DNA from: an uncultured Oligoflexia bacterium | GTDB lineage: Bacteria; Bdellovibrionota; UBA1018; CAYHWW01 | DNA length: 61,859 nucleotides | NCBI GenBank assembly: GCA_964360145.1 | Contig: CAYHWW010000003.1 | Coordinates: forward strand, 1-61,859 | Direction of reading: 5' to 3' | Part shown: positions 27,529-37,998 of the stretch, piece after piece | How the letters are laid out: each line of letters starts with the position of its first letter | Numbering within the stretch: position 1 is the stretch's first letter | Position numbers and translations under genes: made by a program | Notes under the pieces: model-generated | What the model was told of the DNA's origin: nothing | Database searches by the model: none | What the model saw: only the letters and a program-made list of their open reading frames with translations

Positions 27529-27544
27529 CGGGAACGCGGTTGCG
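27529..27544 (+). promoter_or_regulatory. possible sigma-54-type promoter (GG-N10-GC)
   Basis: cGGGAACGCGGTTGCg has GG and TTGC at the correct spacing but a poor -24 hexamer. It lies about 80 nt upstream of the ATG at 27624. Confidence 0.3.
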
Positions 27545-27623
27545 CCGCGATATCAAAGGTTTACCCTTTTCAGTTCGCAACCCCGCCCCTAGCATCGACC
27601 CCATTCACATCAGGGGGGTCTTC

Positions 27624-28250
27624 ATGGGGTTCAGGCACTTCGTAGTTCTTTGCGCGCTTTTCATTGCATCTAGCGCAACGGCTCAATTTTCTGTCGGCAC
27701 CGTGGATGTGCCCTTGGCCACGGTGAACAGCGATGGCGGCGACTGGCCCAACCAGTCCTCTCAGCTCGTTCTTGAGGTGGACCCCACCAACGGCGCTCTG
27801 CAGTACCTGCGGGTCGAGCAGCCTGGGAACAACATCCTGCGCTTCTCCATGGAGCAGCTCCTGTCGCCCAGCGCCGTGGTGACGATCACCCGGACTTACG
27901 TGTCTAAGCACATCCTGCTTTTGCAAATCCTGACACCCTTTGATGCCCTCCAGGGCGGTGTGGTGCGCATCATCATGATGCGGGAATACGGCATCTTCAA
28001 CGACGACTACCGCGTGCTGGACGTGGGCCTCGTGCGCACCACTGCGGGCGGTTGGGCCTTGGCCCGGGGCCGTGATGCGGCTGTGGGTGGCCCCTACGCC
28101 ATCACCGGGATCTACTTTACCTCTCGCCACACGGGCGCCGACGAAGTGGGCATCGACCGGGCTGACCTCTACAATGGGGCGCAAGCCATCGAGAGCTTCG
28201 ATACGGCGATTCTCCCGGGGCCTGGGGCAGCACTTTTCGCGGCGCCTTAA
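27624..28250 (+). CDS. hypothetical secreted protein
   Basis: The internal ATG at 27624 gives signal peptide MGFRHFVVLCALFIASSATA. The ORF-track start at 27411 lies in the repeat-rich spacer. Confidence 0.6.
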   Translation: MGFRHFVVLCALFIASSATAQFSVGTVDVPLATVNSDGGDWPNQSSQLVLEVDPTNGALQYLRVEQPGNNILRFSMEQLLSPSAVVTITRTYVSKHILLLQILTPFDALQGGVVRIIMMREYGIFNDDYRVLDVGLVRTTAGGWALARGRDAAVGGPYAITGIYFTSRHTGADEVGIDRADLYNGAQAIESFDTAILPGPGAALFAAP

Positions 28251-28259
28251 CTCAGGCGG

Positions 28260-29654
28260 CTACTTCAGCTCCGCCCAGACGCTTTCCATCTGCATGGAAT
28301 GGGAACCCTTGATGATGAGGGCATCCCCTTCCCGCAGAAGGGTTTTTATATGCTTACCCAATGCCGCTGCGTTGGGAAAATGAGCGAGTGTTCCCTTGAA
28401 ACCCCGGGCTTTGAGCTCAGCTTCCAGCTCTTTCATGAGGCGCCCGTTCAAGAGCACCACGGCGTAGTCTTTTAAAAGCGGCGCTAGCGCCCGATGGAGG
28501 GCCTTTTCCTCCGCGCCGGTTTCTTTCATGTCCGCAAGGGCGGCGCACTTACGCTTGAGCCCCCGAGCGGCGGCGAGCTCATTCAGGGTCATCAGCCCCG
28601 CCGCCATGGAGTCCGGGTTTGCGTTGTAATAATCGCAGAGCACGGTGGTGCGGCCCCCGTGCAAAGTCTCTACTTGCGAGCGGCCGGCGACCCCTTTGAA
28701 GGTGGCGAGTCCCTCCCGGATTTCGTCCCAGGTGAGGCCCACGCTCCGGGCAGTAGTGATGGCGGCAAGCAGGTTTCTCGCGTTGTGGCTGCCGGGCAAG
28801 GGTAGGCTGTAGCTCTCGCCTTTATCTGTGCCGAAGCCGGTGACGATGAGAGTCTCCCCTTCCACGCGGCCTGCAAGGGTCTGGGGGGCTGGCCGCGCTG
28901 AGGTGCCAAAACCGATCACAGCCCCTGTTTTGAATCGCTGGGCGAGAGGTGCGATGTGTTCATCATCGAGGTTGATGAGGGTAGTGCCGCCGTCCGCTGC
29001 CGTGCGCTCCATGATGATGCTTTCTTCCCGCACCACCGTGGCTACATCGATGAGTTTCTCAAGGTGCTCGGGCCCCAGGGCGGAGAGCACCGCGTGGGTG
29101 GGGCGCACGAGGGCCCAGTGTTGTTCCATGGCGCCGATTTCGTCGATGCCCACCTCCACCACGGCGGCACCGTGATGGGCGCGCAGGTCAAGCAGGGTCA
29201 TGGGAATGCCCAAAAACCCGTTCTGGCTCCCCCGGGTCGCGACCACGTCGGTCCATTTGCCCCGCAAAGCAGCGGCGAGCAGTTCTTTGGTGGTGGTTTT
29301 TCCCACGCTGCCCGCCACTGCCACCACGGGGCAGTGGAACTGGGCCCGCCAGGTCTTGGCAAGCTGGCGATAAGCGCCAACTGTGTCGTCCACCAGCAGG
29401 TATTCCGCGGGGGGTGCGCTGTGGGTGGGGAAGTCTTTACGGCAAATGATGGCGCGGGCGCCGCCGTCCACCGCCGTGGCGATGAAATCATGGCCGTCGA
29501 ATTTCTCACCGGGCACCGCGACGAAGAGGGCTCCTGGAGAAATCTTGCGGGAGTCCGTTGTGACCACGGGGATGGGGAAGTCGGCTCCAGTGAGGGAAAG
29601 CCCCAGGGCCTTGGCGACAAAAGAAACGGTGAGTTGAGGTGCGGTGTCTTCCAT
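28260..29654 (-). CDS. murF: UDP-N-acetylmuramoyl-tripeptide--D-alanyl-D-alanine ligase
   Basis: Mur ligase P-loop VAVAGSVGKTTTKELL, with MurF-like N- and C-terminal domains. Confidence 0.9.
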   Translation of the reverse strand: MEDTAPQLTVSFVAKALGLSLTGADFPIPVVTTDSRKISPGALFVAVPGEKFDGHDFIATAVDGGARAIICRKDFPTHSAPPAEYLLVDDTVGAYRQLAKTWRAQFHCPVVAVAGSVGKTTTKELLAAALRGKWTDVVATRGSQNGFLGIPMTLLDLRAHHGAAVVEVGIDEIGAMEQHWALVRPTHAVLSALGPEHLEKLIDVATVVREESIIMERTAADGGTTLINLDDEHIAPLAQRFKTGAVIGFGTSARPAPQTLAGRVEGETLIVTGFGTDKGESYSLPLPGSHNARNLLAAITTARSVGLTWDEIREGLATFKGVAGRSQVETLHGGRTTVLCDYYNANPDSMAAGLMTLNELAAARGLKRKCAALADMKETGAEEKALHRALAPLLKDYAVVLLNGRLMKELEAELKARGFKGTLAHFPNAAALGKHIKTLLREGDALIIKGSHSMQMESVWAELK

Positions 29655-29658
29655 GGTG

Positions 29659-30252
29659 TCAGTGTATTTGAAAAGCTCGGATGGATTCGAAGATGCCGGT
29701 ACGGATCATGGCAACGGCGATGGCCATCATGAGGAGGGCCGCGATTTTCGAGAAGACCACGGTGCCGTCGGTGCCGATCAGATTGGTGATCCGTGGTGAC
29801 TCGCGCAGCATGAGCCAGCCGATGAGGTAGTTGGCCACCAGGGAGAGGAGGGTCACGATGTAGCCGAAGGCATGGACCTGGAGCACGAGGGTGGTGAGCA
29901 CCACCGGGCCCGTGATGAGGGGCACCGCCAGGGGCACAATCCCGGTGGAGCCGCTGGCCTGGTTTTTAACGTCGGGGCCGCCGATGAGGTCCGCCAATGA
30001 TACGAGGAGGAGGACCAGCCCGCCAGCCACTTTGAAGTCAGAAATCTCGATGGAGAGCCAACGGAACATCGCTTGACCGCTGAGGACAAAGGAAATGGCC
30101 ACGAGGATCGCCACGATCATGGAGCGATTCACCGTGCGGAGGCGGGCCTCAGGGTGGAGCCTGCCCGTGATGGAGAGGAACATGGGTAGGATCCCCACGA
30201 TATCCAGGGCGACGAAGGTTCCGGTAAAGGCGAGGGTGAAGTCTTTCAACAC
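29659..30252 (-). CDS. MarC/UPF0056 family membrane protein
   Basis: Six hydrophobic helices, a family-like start (FVALDIVGILPMF) and a length of 197 aa. Confidence 0.75.
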   Translation of the reverse strand: MLKDFTLAFTGTFVALDIVGILPMFLSITGRLHPEARLRTVNRSMIVAILVAISFVLSGQAMFRWLSIEISDFKVAGGLVLLLVSLADLIGGPDVKNQASGSTGIVPLAVPLITGPVVLTTLVLQVHAFGYIVTLLSLVANYLIGWLMLRESPRITNLIGTDGTVVFSKIAALLMMAIAVAMIRTGIFESIRAFQIH

Positions 30253-30460
30253 CCCCCTATTCTAGTGAGCCAGCGTGAGTACCGCCACCAAGATCAACGT
30301 CCCGACCCAATAAAGCTGTAATTCATATTTTCGAACACGCACGCTCATATAAAGAGAATGATGCTTGCAGCGGTAGAATCAAGGGAGCATCGAAAATAAG
30401 TTGGCGATCTCGTGAAACTCAGATGTAAATTCTGCCCATTCACATTGCTAAGGAGATCTC

Positions 30461-30811
30461 ATGATCCGTTTCATCAGTGCTACCGCTCTCTTGTTTTTCG
30501 CCGCGATCGGCGCGGCCCAGGCTGAAACCCGCATCATCCGGGCAGCCGCCGTAGAAGTGAACGGCACCAAGTTCTGGCTGCCCTCCACCATCATCGTAAA
30601 AAAGGGCGACGACGTGGTCATCCAGGCCGTGAGCAAAGTACCCGGTGCCGGCTCAGCCCATGGTTTCGCCATCGCTGACTTCAAGGTGGCCGAGGTCGTG
30701 GACGCCAAGGGTAAAGAGATCCGGTTTAGGGCTGACCGTGCGGGCATCTTCCCCATCCACTGCCATATGCACCCCGCCCACATCGGCGGCCAGCTCGTGG
30801 TCCTCGAATGA
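30461..30811 (+). CDS. secreted cupredoxin-domain protein
   Basis: Signal peptide MIRFISATALLFFAAIGAAQA and copper-ligand-like residues HGF...HCHMHPAH. An AAGGAG SD is present. Confidence 0.65.
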   Translation: MIRFISATALLFFAAIGAAQAETRIIRAAAVEVNGTKFWLPSTIIVKKGDDVVIQAVSKVPGAGSAHGFAIADFKVAEVVDAKGKEIRFRADRAGIFPIHCHMHPAHIGGQLVVLE

Positions 30812-32052
30812 CCGCCGCACGGCGAGCCGTCGCCCGGCGGGGCAAAGGCAAGGGGGTGGCCGCCACCGTCATCGTGGCGGCCCTGGGCTACTTCGTCGAC
30901 ATCTACGATTTGGTGCTCTTCAGCATCGTGCGGGTGCCCAGCCTCAAGGCCCTGGGGCTCCAGGGCGATGCAGTCCTCTCCACGGGGGTCTTCCTCATCA
31001 ACGCCCAAATGACGGGCATGCTGGTGGGAGGGGTCCTTTGGGGCATCCTGGGGGATAAAAAGGGAAGGCTTTCAGTGCTTTTCGGCTCCATCTTCATGTA
31101 CTCCATGGCCAATATCGCCAACGCCTTCGTCACGGACGTGGCTTCCTACAGCGTATTGCGCTTTCTGGCGGGGGTGGGTTTGGCCGGAGAGCTGGGGGCG
31201 GCCATCACCCTCATCTCCGAGATCATGACGAAGGAAAACCGGGGCTATGGCACGGCCATTGTGGCTACGGTTGGGGTGTCCGGCGCGGTGGTCGCTGCCC
31301 TCGTTGGCGATCACTTCACCTGGAAGACGGCCTACATCGTGGGGGGCTGTCTGGGCTTGGCCCTTCTCGTGCTGCGCATGGGCATCTTCGAGTCAGGGAT
31401 GTTTGAAAATTTGAAGGGGGTCGACATTCGGCGGGGCGACCTGCGGCTTTTGCTGGGTCACCCCCAGCGCCTGCGCAAGTACCTCTGCTGCATTCTCGTC
31501 GGCATCCCCATCTGGTACATCATCGGCGTCCTCGTGACCTTTTCGCCGGAGATCACCGCTGCCCAAGGGGTGACCGCTCCCGTGTCCGCGGGTACCGCCA
31601 TCATGATGTGCTACATCGGCCTCATTGCGGGGGACTTGGCTTTCGGCCTTCTGAGCCAGTTTTGGCGCACCCGGCAAAAGGTCATCCTGCTCTCCCTCGT
31701 GATTTCCGCCTTGGCCATTGCCCTGGACCTCTCCTTGCGGGGCTTTCACCCCTCCACGTTCTACGCAGTCTGCGTGCTCCTGGGGCTCGCCGCCGGTTAT
31801 TGGGCGGTGTTCATGACCGTGGCCAGCGAGCAGTTTGGAACGAACCTGCGGGCGACTGTGACGACGACGGCCCCCAACTTCGTACGGGGCTCCGTGGTGC
31901 CCCTCACGCTGTCCTTTCAGGCCCTGAAGGGGAGCTTGGGCATCGTGGGCAGCGCCGCTGCCATCGGGGTGGTGGTCCTCGTCATAGCTTTGTTCGCCGC
32001 TACGTATCTAGAAGAGACCTTCGGTAAGGACTTGGATTATGTGGAGCGGTGA
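30808..32052 (+). CDS. MFS transporter
   Basis: About 12 hydrophobic helices and an MFS motif-A-like GDKKGR. ATGA overlap with the cupredoxin gene. Confidence 0.8.
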   Translation: MTAARRAVARRGKGKGVAATVIVAALGYFVDIYDLVLFSIVRVPSLKALGLQGDAVLSTGVFLINAQMTGMLVGGVLWGILGDKKGRLSVLFGSIFMYSMANIANAFVTDVASYSVLRFLAGVGLAGELGAAITLISEIMTKENRGYGTAIVATVGVSGAVVAALVGDHFTWKTAYIVGGCLGLALLVLRMGIFESGMFENLKGVDIRRGDLRLLLGHPQRLRKYLCCILVGIPIWYIIGVLVTFSPEITAAQGVTAPVSAGTAIMMCYIGLIAGDLAFGLLSQFWRTRQKVILLSLVISALAIALDLSLRGFHPSTFYAVCVLLGLAAGYWAVFMTVASEQFGTNLRATVTTTAPNFVRGSVVPLTLSFQALKGSLGIVGSAAAIGVVVLVIALFAATYLEETFGKDLDYVER

Positions 32053-32070
32053 CGCGTTGCGTGCTTCGTG

Positions 32071-32289
32071 TTACGCCGTGGCTGCAACGTAGCTGCGCAC
32101 AGGGGGCTTCGTCACGAAGCCGCTCTTGATGCAACGGGTGCAGGCGTAGATGCGGGTGATGCTGCCACCGGCGAAGTGTTTGACCTTCTTGAGGTTGGGC
32201 AACCAGCGGGTCCGGGTCTTGATATTGGAGTGGCTGACCCTGTTACCGGTGCCGGGCTTCTTTTTGCAGATGACGCATTGACGGGCCAT
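32071..32289 (-). CDS. rpmB: 50S ribosomal protein L28
   Basis: MARQCVICKKKPGTGNRVSHSNIKTRTRWLPNL is the L28 signature. Confidence 0.9.
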   Translation of the reverse strand: MARQCVICKKKPGTGNRVSHSNIKTRTRWLPNLKKVKHFAGGSITRIYACTRCIKSGFVTKPPVRSYVAATA

Positions 32290-32364
32290 GGTCTCGATCC
32301 TTTTTTGGAAAAATCTTTTGAGGAGAAAGACTTACTTTATAGAAGACCCATTCGCAATGGCTTT

Positions 32365-33384
32365 TTACGGCTCTTGCGGAGAGAGTTCCCCGGCCCAATT
32401 AGCCGTGATGAACCCCTTCCACAGCGGATACGGCACTTTGTTCGCGGCCAGCACCATGGCCTTGATGAGGGCTGCGGGGAATGTCATGTCTCCCGTGGCG
32501 ATGGCCCCCAGGTCCAGGGCCCGCCTCCCCATCTCGTAGATTTCTGGCGAGGTGGCGCCTGCCGCTACCTGGGTGCCTAGGAGCACGGGGATCTTCCGCT
32601 TTTTACAGGTTTGGAGAAGCTTCAAGATGGAGCTCTCATCCAGCGGGAGGTTGCCACAGCCGAAGGCCAGCATGAAAACCGCCAGTGCCTTGGGGTCCAG
32701 GCTCACCTGCTGGCCAGGGAAGGGGTGGACCACCTGCACATGCCCATCGAAACGGGCCGGCAGCGCGGGGCGGGAACAGGCGGCCCGGGGAACGGGGTTG
32801 TAGCGGGTGTGCAGTCGCTCTTCGGCAAGGCGGGGGAAGTTGGGGGAATCGAAGGCGTGGAACTCCTCGATATGCACTTTCACCGCGCGATTGGCCCGTA
32901 AAAGCACGGTATCGAAGAAAATCGAGGTCTCCAGCACCTTGTGGCTCGCGGCGAAGGCCACCGAGCAGATGAGGTTGCGCCGGGCGTCCGTGCGGATTTC
33001 GCCCAGGGGCCGTTGGGACCCCGTAAATACCACCGGTTTACAGGGGTAGGGCAGGAGATAGCTCACCGCGGTTGCCGTGAAGGCCATGGTGTCCGTGCCA
33101 TGAGTCACGACAAAGCCGTCGTAATCCTCGTAGTGCTCACCGATGGCCGCCGCCACGCCGATCCAATCCGCCGGGGTGATCTGGGACGAATCTTTGTTGT
33201 ACAGTCCCTTGATGGTGACGTTCGCCAGTTGCTTTAACTCAGGTACTGCGGCGAAAAGCTTCCGCACGAATCGATCATCCGGGGAAAGGGGCCTCTCCAC
33301 CGGGGGTTTGGGCAGCCCCATGCCAATGGTGCCGCCTGTGTGGAGGAGTAAAATTCTTTTATTTTGTTTCAGTGAGGCGGTCAT
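32365..33384 (-). CDS. ansA: type I L-asparaginase
   Basis: Catalytic motifs LHTGGTIGM and THGTDTM, with a length of 339 aa. Confidence 0.85.
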   Translation of the reverse strand: MTASLKQNKRILLLHTGGTIGMGLPKPPVERPLSPDDRFVRKLFAAVPELKQLANVTIKGLYNKDSSQITPADWIGVAAAIGEHYEDYDGFVVTHGTDTMAFTATAVSYLLPYPCKPVVFTGSQRPLGEIRTDARRNLICSVAFAASHKVLETSIFFDTVLLRANRAVKVHIEEFHAFDSPNFPRLAEERLHTRYNPVPRAACSRPALPARFDGHVQVVHPFPGQQVSLDPKALAVFMLAFGCGNLPLDESSILKLLQTCKKRKIPVLLGTQVAAGATSPEIYEMGRRALDLGAIATGDMTFPAALIKAMVLAANKVPYPLWKGFITANWAGELSPQEP

Positions 33385-33418
33385 GAGAAAATCCTAATGA
33401 AGTGAGGGCTGTATTTCC

Positions 33419-33829
33419 ATGAAAGAACCGCAACGGGCCCGAAAGCTCCGTTACGCTGATCGAGAGAGGGTTTGGTATAGCCATTCCGCCGGGGTAGTCA
33501 CGGTGGGACTTACCCAGCGGGCTCTCGACGAGCTCGGAGGGGTAGAGGAGGTTCGCCTCCCTGATGAGGGCCAAGAATTCGATAAGGGAGACGGGGCCGT
33601 TGAAGTCGAGGGCCCCGAAGGGGAGATGGACGTCGTCGCCCCGGTGGGGGGCCGCGTCGTAGAGATCAATGGGGGTTTGGAGGATTCACTGGCGGCCCTC
33701 AATGAGGATCCCGATGGGGAGGGTTGGCTCTTCCGCATGGAAGTCGCCGACGACGTTGAAGATGAAGATGAAGACGAGGAAGAAGACGACATGGGGGATG
33801 AAGTAGAAGATAGCGCTGATCTGGGGTAA
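33419..33829 (+). CDS. glycine-cleavage H-protein-like protein lacking the lipoyl lysine, with acidic tail
   Basis: GcvH-like core (VTVGLTQRALDELG...VVAPVGGRVVEINGGL...GEGWLFRM). The position of the lipoyl Lys (ESVKA in E. coli) reads VEGPEG, with a Glu at the Lys position. The C-terminus is DVEDEDEDEEEDD. Confidence 0.6.
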   Translation: MKEPQRARKLRYADRERVWYSHSAGVVTVGLTQRALDELGGVEEVRLPDEGQEFDKGDGAVEVEGPEGEMDVVAPVGGRVVEINGGLEDSLAALNEDPDGEGWLFRMEVADDVEDEDEDEEEDDMGDEVEDSADLG

Positions 33830-33839
33830 AGCCCAATCT

Positions 33840-35195
33840 GTGGAAAAGTCGTTCTTCATCAAGACTTTCGGCTGCCAAATGAATGCAGCCGATACGGAGC
33901 AAATGGCTTCCCTTTTGGCGGAAGCCGGTCATAAGGCCGCGTCCTCCATCGTTGACGCCGACCTGGTGATCCTGAATGGCTGTGAAGTGCGCGATAAGGC
34001 GGTGCACAAGATGCTTTCGAGCTTGGGCAAGCTCAAGGTCAAAGGCGCTGAAAAGAAGCAGATGGTCGGCATCGGTGGGTGCGTGGGCAGCATCAAGGGC
34101 AGGAGCCTCTTTGCTAAAAACCCCCACGTGGATTTTGTTTTCGGCACGGATACCATCGCCCAGCTCCCTGAGTTGGTGCATCGCGTGGGTGCGGGCGAGC
34201 GCCACGTCGTTTTCAATGCTTTCGACAATAAAGACGATTACGAGATCGAGACCAAGGTTTTTACAAAGTCCGCGTCCGCCTTCGTGAACATCATGAAGGG
34301 CTGTGACAAATTCTGTTCTTACTGCATCGTGCCCTATACCCGGGGTCGGGAGAAAAGCCGTCCCCATCTGGACATCGTTAAAGACATTGAGCGTCTTTTA
34401 GTGTTTGGCGTGAAAGAGATCACGCTCTTGGGTCAGAACGTGAACTCCTACGGCAAAGGGCGTGGCCCTGGGGGCCTGGACACAAGTTTCCCAGAACTGC
34501 TCCGCTCCGTGGATGCCCTCAAGACCAAGGGGCTGAGGCGCCTGCGCTACACCTCAAGCCATCCGCTGGATTTCAGCGATGAGCTCATCGCCTGCTACGG
34601 CGAACTCGAAACCCTCTGCCCCCATCTGCATCTGCCCGTGCAAAGTGGCAGCGACGCAGTGCTTCAAAAAATGCACCGCCACTACAAGATCGAGCGCTAT
34701 TACGAGCAGATCGCCAAGTGGCGCAGCCGTTGTCCCGAAGGCGGCCTCACCACGGACATCATCGTGGGTTTCCCCACGGAGACCGATGAGGATTTCGAGG
34801 CCACCATGAAACTCGCCGAGGATATGCGCTTTGATTCCGCCTATGCCTTCGCTTATTCCCCTCGTCCTGGCACCAAGGCAGTGAAACTCGTTGATAACGT
34901 GCCCGCCGCCGTGAAGAACGAGCGTTTAGTGAAATTCCAGCGCTTCGTCGTGGATTTGGCTCTCACGAAGAATCAGAAGTGGGTGGGCCGCACCGTCGAA
35001 GTGCTGGTTGAAGGCCCTGTGAAGGCGTTGGAAAGCTCCCCCTCAGCGCTGATGTGGCGTGGGCGTTCGGGCACGAACCACGTGGTGAATTTCCCCTACG
35101 AGGGACCTCGCGATCTTTCAGGCCAGCTCGTTGATCTGCGCATTACCAAGGCCACGGGCCTTGCCATGATGGCGGAACTGCCTGTCTTGCATTAA
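33840..35195 (+). CDS. miaB: tRNA-2-methylthio-N6-dimethylallyladenosine synthase
   Basis: MTTase N-domain FIKTFGCQMN, radical-SAM CDKFCSYC, and a TRAM-like C-terminus. GTG start. Confidence 0.9.
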   Translation: MEKSFFIKTFGCQMNAADTEQMASLLAEAGHKAASSIVDADLVILNGCEVRDKAVHKMLSSLGKLKVKGAEKKQMVGIGGCVGSIKGRSLFAKNPHVDFVFGTDTIAQLPELVHRVGAGERHVVFNAFDNKDDYEIETKVFTKSASAFVNIMKGCDKFCSYCIVPYTRGREKSRPHLDIVKDIERLLVFGVKEITLLGQNVNSYGKGRGPGGLDTSFPELLRSVDALKTKGLRRLRYTSSHPLDFSDELIACYGELETLCPHLHLPVQSGSDAVLQKMHRHYKIERYYEQIAKWRSRCPEGGLTTDIIVGFPTETDEDFEATMKLAEDMRFDSAYAFAYSPRPGTKAVKLVDNVPAAVKNERLVKFQRFVVDLALTKNQKWVGRTVEVLVEGPVKALESSPSALMWRGRSGTNHVVNFPYEGPRDLSGQLVDLRITKATGLAMMAELPVLH

Positions 35196-35221
35196 ATGCG
35201 AGGTCGGCAGACCATAGGTAC

Positions 35222-35575
35222 ATGGGCACCACCACCATCGCCATGGCGCTTGTTCTTGCCTTATCCTTCTCGTCCCCTGTCATTGCCAATGACCATGGTG
35301 GCGGCGGCCACGGCGAAAAAAAAGAAGAGAAGAAAGTCTACCCCGCCTACTCCGCGACGGGGTCAGATCAGTGCAAGACGCCGAAGGCCCATAAAAAAGC
35401 CACGCCAGAGTGCGGGTCCGAGGAGTACCGGGCCTACGTCGCAGCTGTTGAGGCCTACAACGCCTGCGTGGAATCCTACGACAACAAGACCTTCCTGCCG
35501 TTGAGAAGCTGTCATCCGAAAAAACGCAAGAAATCAGGGCCAGACTACCGGAAACTCTTGGATCCACCGGGCTGA
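35222..35575 (+). CDS. small secreted Lys-rich, Cys-containing hypothetical protein
   Basis: Signal peptide MGTTTIAMALVLALSFSSPVIA followed by HGGGGHG. I recognised no domain. Confidence 0.5.
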   Translation: MGTTTIAMALVLALSFSSPVIANDHGGGGHGEKKEEKKVYPAYSATGSDQCKTPKAHKKATPECGSEEYRAYVAAVEAYNACVESYDNKTFLPLRSCHPKKRKKSGPDYRKLLDPPG

Positions 35576-35577
35576 AC

Positions 35578-35592
35578 GTAGATCGTCGATAA
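35578..35592 (+). repeat. 15-nt direct repeat GTAGATCGTCGATAA, copy 1
   Basis: It begins 2 nt after the TGA at 35573-35575. An identical 15-mer lies at 37865-37879. Confidence 0.6.
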
Positions 35593-35674
35593 TACACAGA
35601 TGAACGCCACCCGCCATTGAAGGTACTGCGCGTCAATAAGTTTGGTTTTCAAAGTCGCTGCAATGAGTTATGTA

Positions 35675-35855
35675 AGGACCTGTCCATGAATAAATTAGAC
35701 ATTTGGCGCTCAGCTTTCGAACAGAGTTGGCTGCCACGGAAGGAGCCAAACCGGAAGAATAGCAGCGCTATTCTGAGGATTTTGCGACTGAGTAGCAGTC
35801 AAATATGGAAGAAAGATGGGATGCCAAATGTCTAATTTATTTATGGACAGGTCCT
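35675..35855. mobile_element. low-GC inverted-repeat element (MITE-like), 33-bp arms
   Basis: Arms at 35675-35707 and 35823-35855 match at 32 of 33 positions as an inverted repeat. The 115-bp interior is AT-rich relative to its surroundings, and no credible CDS lies inside. Confidence 0.5.
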
Positions 35856-35861
35856 AACCTC

Positions 35862-37863
<2,002 letters not shown>

Positions 37864-37864
37864 G

Positions 37865-37879
37865 GTAGATCGTCGATAA
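37865..37879 (+). repeat. 15-nt direct repeat GTAGATCGTCGATAA, copy 2
   Basis: It begins 1 nt after the guaB TGA (37861-37863). Confidence 0.6.
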
Positions 37880-37998
37880 AGGGTCATCTGCTTCGTTGTC
37901 GAGTCCTTTCTGGGCGATTGGGGCTGTGTCCACCCCTTAAAAAAACTATACTAAATCGATTTACCTCATGCTACGACACATAGCATTAAGAGGTTTTT

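Noticed and set aside
30262-30348. A 28-codon hydrophobic ORF (MSVRVRKYELQLYWVGTLILVAVLTLAH) upstream of the MarC gene.
   Set aside because: No Shine-Dalgarno is present and I see no conservation argument. It lies in a promoter-like AT-rich spacer. It is kept only as a note.
35617-35835. A 72-aa ORF inside the low-GC spacer before the gamma-CA gene.
   Set aside because: It spans the left arm and interior of the inverted-repeat element. It has no SD and an atypical composition, so it is more likely non-coding element sequence.
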